DNA from: an uncultured Alphaproteobacteria bacterium | GTDB lineage: Bacteria; Pseudomonadota; Alphaproteobacteria; Rhizobiales; Hyphomicrobiaceae | DNA length: 64,000 nt | Direction: 5' to 3' | NCBI GenBank assembly: GCA_963732765.1 | Contig: CAVTAS010000008.1 | Location: 780,311 to 844,310 of the forward strand | In this document: positions 56,780 through 64,000 of the stretch, one piece after another | Layout of the letters: each line of letters opens with the position of its first letter | Numbering within the stretch: position 1 is the first letter of the stretch | Position numbers and translations under genes: made by a program | Notes under the pieces: model-generated | What the model was told of the DNA's origin: nothing | Seen by the model: only the letters and a program-made list of their open reading frames with translations | The model's database searches: none

Positions 56780-58537
56780 CTAGCGCATCTCTTCGGGAGC
56801 GTGCACACCGAGTATCCCCAGTCCCGTGGCCAGAATCTGCCGTGTTGCCGCGGTTAGCGCCAAGCGCGCCGCTGTTGTGGCTTTGTCATCCTCCCGTATG
56901 AACCGCAAATGTGGCAGGTCTATGCCCCGGTTCCACTGACCATGGAATTCCGATGCCAGTTCATAGAGATAGAACGCCAGCCGGTGCGGCTCGTGCGAGG
57001 TCGCGGACTGCTCGATCAGGCGGGGAAAAAGCGCCAGACGCTTGATCAGCGAGATTTCCCCGTCATCCACAAGTTTCTTCAAGTCAGCACGGAATACGCC
57101 CTCGGATCCCAGCGTCAATTCAGGGAATACCTCAGTTCCTTTGCGAAAAATCGAGTTCGCGCGGGCATGCGCCATCTGAACATAGAAGACTGGATTGTCT
57201 TTCGACTGCTCCGTTACTTTCTCAAAGTCGAAATCGAGCGGCGAATCATTCTTGCGATACAGCATCATGAAGCGCACGGGATCGCGGCCGACCTCGTCGA
57301 CCACATCGCGCACCGTGATGAAAGTGCCGGCGCGTTTGCTCATCTTGAAGGGCTGGCCGCCCTTGTAGAGCTTAACCAGGTTGCAGAAAATAACGTCCAG
57401 TTCGCCCTTTCCACCGGAAATGGCGGCGACCGCCGCCTGCAACCGCTTCTTGTAGCCGGCATGGTCGGCGCCCAGCACATCAATCATGTGCGTGAAACCG
57501 CGGTCCCACTTGGTCTTGTGATAGGCGATGTCGGGCGCGAAATAGGTGTAGCTGCCGTTGGATTTCAGCAACGCCCGGTCTGCATCGTCGCCGAAGGCCG
57601 TCGAGCGGAACAAGGTCTGCTCGCGGTCCTCCCAATCGGGATTGACCTCGCCCTTGGGCGGGTCGAGTTTGCCTTGGAAGACGTGCCCCGACTTGCGAAG
57701 CTCGTCGATCGTCTCGGCGACCTTGTCGGCCGTGCCGGTTGTCAGCGCCCGCTCGGACGAAAAGACGTCGTGCTTGATGTTGAGTTGGGCGAGGTCGTCG
57801 CGGATCAGGTCCATCATGGCTTCGAGCGCGAACGTGCGCACCGGGGCGAGCCATTCGGCTTCTGGTTTGTCGAGCAAGGACTTGCCAAACTTTTTCGCCA
57901 GCGCCTCGCCAACCGGCTTGAGATAGTCGCCGGGATAGAGGCCTTCCGGGATCTCGATGGTTTGTCCGTGCGCCTCGCAATAGCGCAGGTAGGCCGAGCG
58001 GGCGAGCACGTCGACCTGGCCGCCGGCGTCGTTGATGTAATACTCGCGCGTCACGTCGAAGCCGGCGAAGGCGAGCAGGTTGGCCAGCGTGTCGCCGACC
58101 ACCGCGCCGCGGCAGTGGCCGACGTGCAAGGGGCCGGTGGGGTTGGCCGAGACGTATTCGACGTTGACCTTTTTGCCCCCGCCCGCGTTCGAGCGGCCGT
58201 AGGTGGCGCCTTCCTTCAAGATAGCGCCAACGATGCCGGGCCAGACCGCACGGTCGAGCGTGATGTTCACAAAACCCGGCCCTGCGATCTCGACCTTGGC
58301 GACGCCGGCCATTTTCTCCAGCTCTGGTTTCAGCAGCTCGGCAATGTCGCGCGGTTTCATTCCGGCGGGCTTGGCCAGCACCATGGCGGCGTTGCTGGCG
58401 AAATCGCCGTGCGCTGCGTCCTTGGTCTGGTCGATGCCAAGCCGCACGTCCGCCACGGCCGCGGGCAGTTTGCCATCGCGCACCAGCGCGGCGACGATGC
58501 TCGCGAGCCTGGCTTCGTAGTCGGCGAAAATGTGCAT
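56780..58537 (-). CDS. argS: Arginine--tRNA ligase
   Basis: …[17 protein letters not shown]… HIGH motif; full ArgRS length. Confidence 0.9.
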   Translation of the reverse strand: MHIFADYEARLASIVAALVRDGKLPAAVADVRLGIDQTKDAAHGDFASNAAMVLAKPAGMKPRDIAELLKPELEKMAGVAKVEIAGPGFVNITLDRAVWPGIVGAILKEGATYGRSNAGGGKKVNVEYVSANPTGPLHVGHCRGAVVGDTLANLLAFAGFDVTREYYINDAGGQVDVLARSAYLRYCEAHGQTIEIPEGLYPGDYLKPVGEALAKKFGKSLLDKPEAEWLAPVRTFALEAMMDLIRDDLAQLNIKHDVFSSERALTTGTADKVAETIDELRKSGHVFQGKLDPPKGEVNPDWEDREQTLFRSTAFGDDADRALLKSNGSYTYFAPDIAYHKTKWDRGFTHMIDVLGADHAGYKKRLQAAVAAISGGKGELDVIFCNLVKLYKGGQPFKMSKRAGTFITVRDVVDEVGRDPVRFMMLYRKNDSPLDFDFEKVTEQSKDNPVFYVQMAHARANSIFRKGTEVFPELTLGSEGVFRADLKKLVDDGEISLIKRLALFPRLIEQSATSHEPHRLAFYLYELASEFHGQWNRGIDLPHLRFIREDDKATTAARLALTAATRQILATGLGILGVHAPEEMR

Positions 58538-58563
58538 GTGAATGCCTAAATAAATCGGGGCGA

Positions 58564-58659
58564 GGCAGTAAAACGGGGACAGTTTACCTATTTCACCGAC
58601 GGAGCGTTCGGGTTGAGGCAGCGGTGATGAAATAGGTAAACTGTCCCCGTTTTACTGCC
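58564..58659. repeat. Family C element: ~35-bp inverted repeat GGCAGTAAAACGGGGACAGTTTACCTATTTCACCG with a 23-nt spacer, between dgt and argS
   Basis: Arms are reverse complements except for a 3-nt indel. It shares the AAACGGGGACAGTTTAC core with 52766-52856. Confidence 0.65.
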
Positions 58660-58680
58660 GACGATCGGAGTGTCCCCGGG

Positions 58681-59925
58681 CTAGACCAAATCGGGGGTGT
58701 GGTCAAACAGCCGGCGGTGTTCCTCGATGGCGTAGCGGTCGGTCATGCCGGCGACGAAATCGACGATGCGCGGCCCCTGCTCTGCGGACGGCAGCGGGGC
58801 GATCGCCGTGCGCCAGCTTTCCGGGAGCAAGGATGGGTCGGCGACGTAGCGCGTGAACAGCGCCGCGACCATGCCTTCGGCCTGGCGCATGACGTCCATC
58901 ACGCGCTTGGAGCGATAGACCTCGGTAAACAGAAAACCGCTGAGTTCGCTCAGCTGCTCGGCCATCTGGCCCGAGAACGAAATCACCGGCGCATCGGCGT
59001 GGCGGATGGCATCGCTGTCCGACGGGGCCAGCCGGTCCAGGTTCCGGCGCGACTCGGCCATCACATCCGCGACCAGTCCGGTGATCAGCCGCCGCGTGAT
59101 TTCGTAGTGGAGCTGCGGGCCTGCAAGATCGCCATGGACGGTCGCAATCTCATCAATGTAGCCGGCGATCAGCGGTACGTCCCGCAAACCCTCGATGTCG
59201 ATCACGCCGGCGCGCAGGCCGTCGTCCAGGTCGTGGCTGTTGTAGGCGATATCGTCGGCCAGCGCCGCCACCTGCGCCTCGGCCGAGGCGAACCGGTCGA
59301 GCCACAAATCATGCCGGGCGTTATAGTCCGTGATCACCGCCGAGAGCGGGCCGGCGCGGTTGCTGCGGTGCGAGCCGGTCAGCGGGCCGTTGTGTTTCAC
59401 CAGCCCTTCCAAGAGTTCCCAGGTCAAGTTGAGGCCGCTGAAGCTGGCGTATTTGCGTTCGATCGCGGTCACGACGCGCAAGGACTGGGCGTTGTGGTCA
59501 AAGCCGCCATGCATCTTGGCGGCCTCCGCCAGCGCCCGCTCCCCGGCGTGGCCGAACGGCGGATGGCCAAGATCGTGCGCCAGCGCCAGCGCCTCGGTCA
59601 GATCCTCGTCCAGGCGCAGCTGGCGGGCGATGGCGCGTGCAATCTGTGCCACCTCGATGGTGTGGGTGAGGCGCGTCCGGTAGTGGTCGCCCTCGTGATA
59701 GAGGAACACCTGCGTCTTGTGCGTCAGCCGCCGGAAGGCGGAGGAATGCACGATGCGGTCGCGGTCGCGCTGGAAGCCGCCGCGCATTTCGCAGTCGGTT
59801 TCTGGTATGAGGCGGCCACGGCCTAAAGCGGGATCGGCGGCAAAGGGCGCATAATCGGGGCGTGAACGGCCCTTTGGCGCTGGTTTGGCTCTCACAGTTG
59901 GCGAGACTGACAGGCTGGCAGGCAT
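58681..59925 (-). CDS. dgt: dGTPase-like deoxyguanosinetriphosphate triphosphohydrolase (HD domain)
   Basis: …RTRLTHTIEVAQIAR…LAHDLGHPPFGH… Start is ATG 59925; the TTG at 59973 is also possible. Confidence 0.8.
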   Translation of the reverse strand: MPASLSVSPTVRAKPAPKGRSRPDYAPFAADPALGRGRLIPETDCEMRGGFQRDRDRIVHSSAFRRLTHKTQVFLYHEGDHYRTRLTHTIEVAQIARAIARQLRLDEDLTEALALAHDLGHPPFGHAGERALAEAAKMHGGFDHNAQSLRVVTAIERKYASFSGLNLTWELLEGLVKHNGPLTGSHRSNRAGPLSAVITDYNARHDLWLDRFASAEAQVAALADDIAYNSHDLDDGLRAGVIDIEGLRDVPLIAGYIDEIATVHGDLAGPQLHYEITRRLITGLVADVMAESRRNLDRLAPSDSDAIRHADAPVISFSGQMAEQLSELSGFLFTEVYRSKRVMDVMRQAEGMVAALFTRYVADPSLLPESWRTAIAPLPSAEQGPRIVDFVAGMTDRYAIEEHRRLFDHTPDLV

Positions 59926-60036
59926 GCTGGGTGCCGATCCGTGGTTCTTGGTTGGGAATCCGCGTCGTTGCAACTATATATGGCATGCAAACGATTTGCG
60001 CAGCAGACCTGCACCAGCGGTATCGGCGTTAGAGAC

Positions 60037-60100
60037 GGGCGAAACAAGTCTCGCCCCTACGCTGCGCCGTCCGTTCGTAGGGGCGAGACTTGTCTCGCCC
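60037..60100. repeat. Family D palindromic element (…GTCTCGCCCCTAC-spacer-GTAGGGGCGAGAC…), copy 3, in the erpA 5' region
   Basis: GGGCGAAACAAGTCTCGCCCCTAC / GTAGGGGCGAGACTTGTCTCGCCC. Each arm also contains the GCGAGACTTGTCTCGC sub-palindrome. Confidence 0.55.
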
Positions 60101-60128
60101 AGTGTTGGGCCGCAGCACAGGAGCAGAC

Positions 60129-60473
60129 ATGCCAGACACCAACTCAGCCACCGCCATTTCCGTCACCGATCGGGCCGCCAGCCGGATCGCCGAAATCCTG
60201 AAGGGCGAACCGGACGCGCGCATGATGCGCGTCAGCGTCGAGGGCGGCGGCTGTTCGGGGTTTCAGTACAAATTCGATCTGGTGCCGGCGCTCGAACCCG
60301 ACGACATCGTGATCGAGCGTGGCGGCGTGCAGGTTCTGGTCGACCCGGTCTCGCTGCCCTACATGGCGGGATCCGAACTGGATTTCGTCGACGATCTGAT
60401 CGGGGCGCAGTTCAAGATCAAGAACCCGCAGGCAAAGGCGGCGTGCGGCTGCGGCACCAGCTTCACGGTCTGA
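60129..60473 (+). CDS. erpA: Iron-sulfur cluster insertion protein ErpA (HesB/IscA family)
   Basis: …ISVTDRAASRIAEIL…GGGCSGFQY…CGCGTSF. Conserved dgt-erpA-xthA arrangement. Confidence 0.8.
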   Translation: MPDTNSATAISVTDRAASRIAEILKGEPDARMMRVSVEGGGCSGFQYKFDLVPALEPDDIVIERGGVQVLVDPVSLPYMAGSELDFVDDLIGAQFKIKNPQAKAACGCGTSFTV

Positions 60474-60485
60474 AGCGATCGGAAC

Positions 60486-60839
60486 TCACTGGTAGCTGTC
60501 GGACAGTGCGTAGAGCCAAACGCAGCTGCAACCGATGAGCACCGCTGGGAACAATGCAACCATGGCCGCTTGACGGTGAGCATCGACCGAGCGGGCAACC
60601 ACCGTGGCGGCGACCCCAAAGAACGGCAGCATCCAGAGCACCACAAAGGGGTAGGCAAAGATGGTGGAGTTGAGCGCAACTTCGCCGCCCAACAGTTTCA
60701 TGACTGGATCGTCCAGGAGCGGGGCCAGTTGTCGCCAGCCAAGCAGCATCGCCATGCCGAATACGACGTTAAGCAAGGTCATGACCTTGATGAACAGCGA
60801 CGTGTGCTGTCTGTGCCGCTCGTATGAAAGGGCGGACAT
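60486..60839 (-). CDS. Hypothetical multi-TM membrane protein
   Basis: 117 aa with three predicted TM helices. No recognisable family. Confidence 0.4.
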   Translation of the reverse strand: MSALSYERHRQHTSLFIKVMTLLNVVFGMAMLLGWRQLAPLLDDPVMKLLGGEVALNSTIFAYPFVVLWMLPFFGVAATVVARSVDAHRQAAMVALFPAVLIGCSCVWLYALSDSYQ

Positions 60840-60932
60840 GTGCGACGGATCTCCGATGCCGAAGCAGCTAGGCTAGAAAAGCACGAACAACAGATTTAGT
60901 CTCAAACGGTAAACAAAGGGTTTTCGATCCCA

Positions 60933-61718
60933 ATGAAAATCGCCACCTGGAACATCAATGGCGTCAAGGCGCGCATCGACAGCCTGACGCGCTGGCTCGC
61001 CGAGACCAAGCCGGATGTGGTCTGCCTGCAGGAGATCAAAACCCAGGATGAGGGGTTCCCGACCGAAGCCATCGAGGCGCTGGGCTACAATGTGGCCGTG
61101 CACGGACAGAAGGGCTTTCACGGCGTGGCGCTCTTATCGTTGCGCCCCTTCGACGAAGTGAAACGGCGGCTTCCCGGCGACGACAGCGACGAGCACAGCC
61201 GCTACATCGAGGCCGTGATCTCCTCGGCCGAGGGCGGCGCTGTGCGCGTGGCCGGTATCTATCTGCCGAACGGCAATCCGGTCGGCACGGAGAAATTCAC
61301 CTACAAGCTGGCCTGGATGGAACGGCTGCACGCCCATGTTGCGGGGCTGCTGCAACACGAAGAGGCGCTGGTGGTGGCGGGCGACTACAACGTCATCGCC
61401 ACGCCAGACGATTGCCACGACCCCAAGGTCTGGGTGGACGATGCTCTCTACCAGCCCGAAAGCCGCGCCGCCTTCCGCCGCTTCTGCCACCTCGGTCTGA
61501 CCGACGCCATCAAGGCCACGCACCCAGGCGGCGGCCACTACACGTTCTGGGACTATCAGGCCGGCGCCTGGGCCAAGGACCACGGCATCCGCATCGACCA
61601 CCTGATGCTCTCGCCGCAAGCTGCCGACCGGCTCGCCGGGGCCGGCATCGACCGCATGACGCGGGGGTGGGAAAAGCCGTCAGACCATGTGCCGGTGTGG
61701 GTGGAGCTTAGGGTGTAG
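60933..61718 (+). CDS. xthA: Exodeoxyribonuclease III
   Basis: MKIATWNINGVKARIDSLTRWL…DVVCLQEIK…. Confidence 0.9.
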   Translation: MKIATWNINGVKARIDSLTRWLAETKPDVVCLQEIKTQDEGFPTEAIEALGYNVAVHGQKGFHGVALLSLRPFDEVKRRLPGDDSDEHSRYIEAVISSAEGGAVRVAGIYLPNGNPVGTEKFTYKLAWMERLHAHVAGLLQHEEALVVAGDYNVIATPDDCHDPKVWVDDALYQPESRAAFRRFCHLGLTDAIKATHPGGGHYTFWDYQAGAWAKDHGIRIDHLMLSPQAADRLAGAGIDRMTRGWEKPSDHVPVWVELRV

Positions 61719-61846
61719 GCTGCCGCCGGTTGGCCAGACAGCAATTGTCCGATGCCATTTCACAGCTTCTTAGCGGGTCCGGGCTATAGTGCCCCCGCTC
61801 TTGGTGCGCATTTTTGCAGGCGCCCTGATGTCAGGACACTTGCTTC

Positions 61847-63265
61847 ATGCCCATGCCCGTTACCGTCTCGCTCGCCACCGATACCGGCAGCAGCCAAACC
61901 GATGCCATGACATCCAATGGCACACTGATCGTCGCGGGTTTTGACGCCGGGACGACCTGGGAATACCAGATCGACAACAATCCCGCATGGACTGCTGGGG
62001 CCGGCGACATTGCCGTTACCGGCGAGGGTGCCCATACCGCGACGGTGCGTTGGATCGATACGGGCCGCATTTACGAGTATCAGCTCAGCTTCACGCTCGA
62101 TACAACAGCCGCCGCACCTGCTCTCTCGCTCGCCATCGATAGCGATATCCCCGGCGATGGCGTCACCGACGCCAGTCAGATCGACGTGCAGGGCGTGGAA
62201 GCGGGCGCGACCTGGGAATACTCGCTCGACAGCGGTGTGAGCTGGCTCGCTGGACTTGGGACGAGTTTCTTCCTGCCGGCGGACGCCAGCTACGGCCTCA
62301 AAGTCCGCCAGACCGACCTTGCCGGCAATCTGTCGCTGACCTCTGCCCTGCTCGCCGTCACGCTGAACACGGTGATCGCGCCCGGCACGGCTGGCAACGA
62401 CACCATCAAGGGCCTTTCAGGCGACGACGAGATCAATGCCGGCGACGGCGACGACACCATAACGGGCTTCGCGGGCGCCGATTCAGTCGACGGCGGCGCG
62501 GGCGTCGATACGCTGGTGCTGACCGAAACATCGACCAAACTCAACGCGGCTGGCGAAAACCAGCTGGTCGGCGTGGAAAAGGTGACCGGCACGGGCGCGG
62601 CGGCGGGGGTCAATATCGATCTGCGCCAGCAGGGCGAAGGGTACTCGATGACCGGCAGCGCCTTCGGCGACACGCTGGTGGGCGGATTGGGCAACGACAA
62701 GATCGGCGGCGGCACCGGCGACGACTCGCTCAATGGCGGCTACGGCAAAGACACGCTGTCGGGCGGAGCCGGCAAAGACACGCTGATCGGCGGTTCGGGC
62801 AACGACAGCCTGACCGGCGCGGCAGGCGATGACATGTTCTTTGGCGGCTCAGGCAACGACGCCTTGTTTGGCGGAGCGGGCAACGACCAGCTCACCGGCG
62901 GCGATGGCCACGACAATCTGACGGGTGCGGCCGGCAACGACACTCTGTTTGGCATGACCGGCAACGACCGTCTGCTCGGCGATGCCGGCGACGATTTGCT
63001 CTCGGGCGGATACGGCAACGATCGCTTCATCTACACAAGCCGGCAGTTTGGCAGGGACGTCATCAAGGATTTCGGCGACGTCAACGGCAACCAGGACGTC
63101 ATCCAGCTCTCGAAATCGATCTACAAGACCTTCGCCGCCGTGAAGTCGCACATGCAGCAACTCGGCGACGATGTGGTGATCGGCAATGTCGGTGGCCAGG
63201 ATACCATCACGATCGTCCACATGACCAAGGCCGCGCTGGACGTCCACGATTTCGTGCTCGTGTAG
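61847..63265 (+). CDS. RTX-type calcium-binding repeat protein with N-terminal Ig-like domains (putative T1SS substrate or adhesin)
   Basis: Two Ig-like modules (VSLATDTGSSQTDAMTSNG… and ALSLAIDSDIPGDGVTDAS…). About 12 GGxGxDxL nonapeptide repeats. No N-terminal signal peptide. Confidence 0.75.
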   Translation: MPMPVTVSLATDTGSSQTDAMTSNGTLIVAGFDAGTTWEYQIDNNPAWTAGAGDIAVTGEGAHTATVRWIDTGRIYEYQLSFTLDTTAAAPALSLAIDSDIPGDGVTDASQIDVQGVEAGATWEYSLDSGVSWLAGLGTSFFLPADASYGLKVRQTDLAGNLSLTSALLAVTLNTVIAPGTAGNDTIKGLSGDDEINAGDGDDTITGFAGADSVDGGAGVDTLVLTETSTKLNAAGENQLVGVEKVTGTGAAAGVNIDLRQQGEGYSMTGSAFGDTLVGGLGNDKIGGGTGDDSLNGGYGKDTLSGGAGKDTLIGGSGNDSLTGAAGDDMFFGGSGNDALFGGAGNDQLTGGDGHDNLTGAAGNDTLFGMTGNDRLLGDAGDDLLSGGYGNDRFIYTSRQFGRDVIKDFGDVNGNQDVIQLSKSIYKTFAAVKSHMQQLGDDVVIGNVGGQDTITIVHMTKAALDVHDFVLV

Positions 63266-63294
63266 GGAGGAGTTTTTGGCGCCGGCAACCAGCC

Positions 63295-63954
63295 TCAGTC
63301 GACCGAGGCCCGGCTGGCGGCCACCGACTTGCCGGCCGCTGTCGCAGGCTCGGTTGATCCAGTGGTCGCGTTCACTAGGCGGGCCAGACCAAGCCGCGCC
63401 AGGGCTGGCCAGAGTTTCATGTATTCCACCACCAGCACGCGCGTCGTGGCGGGCGAGGCCCACCAGCCCTTGGCCTGAACCGATGCCGGCATGACCGGGT
63501 GCGCAATGAGCGTTGCCTCGGGAAAGGCTTGGGCGATCTCGGCCAAGCTGCGCGCCATGTGATAACCGGACGTGACGACGATCAGCCGTTTGAAGTTGCG
63601 GTGTCGGGCCCAGACTTCGGTCTCGCGCGCGTTGCCGACCGTGTCTTGCGCCCAATAGCCGATATCGATGCAGCAATCGAACAGGTCGCCATACTCGGCA
63701 ACCTGCTGGCGCAGCGCATTGCGCGAGGTGTGCGGGTTGACGCCGCTGATCAGCAGGCGCTGGCCGCGGTGTTCGGCGAGCAGTTTGACCGCCTCTTCGA
63801 TGCGCGCGCCGCCACCGGTGAGGGCGACGATGGCGTCGGCTTGACCAACCTCGCCAGCCGGCTGCAGGGCCATGACGGCGAACAACAGGAAGCCGGCCGA
63901 CCACGTCAGGACAAGGCCGCCTGCAATCCGGAACATCCTGCTCATGATGGCCAT
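63295..63954 (-). CDS. YdcF/DUF218 (SanA-like) family protein
   Basis: TM anchor, then …DAIVALTGGGARIEEAVKLL…LLISGVN…. Confidence 0.7.
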   Translation of the reverse strand: MAIMSRMFRIAGGLVLTWSAGFLLFAVMALQPAGEVGQADAIVALTGGGARIEEAVKLLAEHRGQRLLISGVNPHTSRNALRQQVAEYGDLFDCCIDIGYWAQDTVGNARETEVWARHRNFKRLIVVTSGYHMARSLAEIAQAFPEATLIAHPVMPASVQAKGWWASPATTRVLVVEYMKLWPALARLGLARLVNATTGSTEPATAAGKSVAASRASVD

Positions 63955-64000
63955 GATGCGTCTTCTAGCCTCGTGGACCCCGCCACTTCAGCGACATCGA

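Noticed and set aside
55155-56783. 542-aa + strand ORF
   Set aside because: It is antisense to the SPOR-domain gene. GC-rich repetitive codons avoid stops.
56909-58549. 546-aa + strand ORF
   Set aside because: It is antisense to argS.
58699-59826. 375-aa + strand ORF
   Set aside because: It is antisense to dgt.
1-64000. tRNA, rRNA, tmRNA, integrase or transposase genes
   Set aside because: I scanned intergenic regions and ORFs. I found no cloverleaf-like conserved tRNA motifs (GTTCGAAT/T-loop) and no recombinase or transposase ORFs. The repeats appear to be non-autonomous.

Overview
High-GC (~65%) alphaproteobacterial chromosome segment. Gene content, synteny and the abundant 'CTCTCCCCTTCGCC' hairpin repeats point to Bradyrhizobiaceae (Bradyrhizobium, Rhodopseudomonas, Nitrobacter or Afipia-like). 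A conserved housekeeping backbone is present: tpiA; phaR-phaA; gloB; metXW; tyrC; HPr/EIIA-Man; surE-serS-tatCBA; scpBA-nagZ-SPOR-argS; dgt-erpA-xthA. Accessory content is interleaved with it:
(1) A LuxR/LuxI quorum-sensing pair bounded by AT-rich DNA.
(2) A lipid-A sugar-modification locus resembling Bordetella lgmABCD (ArnT-like, GT2, YdjC deacetylase, GtrA).
(3) An NYN-domain protein that replaces the expected phaB.
(4) A membrane-anchored TIR-TM-TPR protein with a receptor-like topology.
(5) A TerB-like protein, a small secreted protein and a flotillin in one cluster.
(6) A vapBC toxin-antitoxin pair.
(7) A ~12 kb glycerol/dihydroxyacetone module: a glpSTPQUV-like ABC transporter, an intact fused ATP-dependent dihydroxyacetone kinase, and a heavily frameshifted PTS-type dhaK-dhaL-dhaM set, inserted between tatA and scpB.
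(8) An RTX-repeat protein.
At least four families of palindromic MITE/REP-like intergenic repeats occur, and two of them create spurious ORF extensions. Single-base frameshifts are unusually dense: ArnT-like gene, phaA (two), TIR gene, dhaK, dhaM, dhaL and one ABC ATPase. This means either indel-prone sequence or real gene decay. No tRNA, rRNA, CRISPR array, integrase or transposase was recognised.
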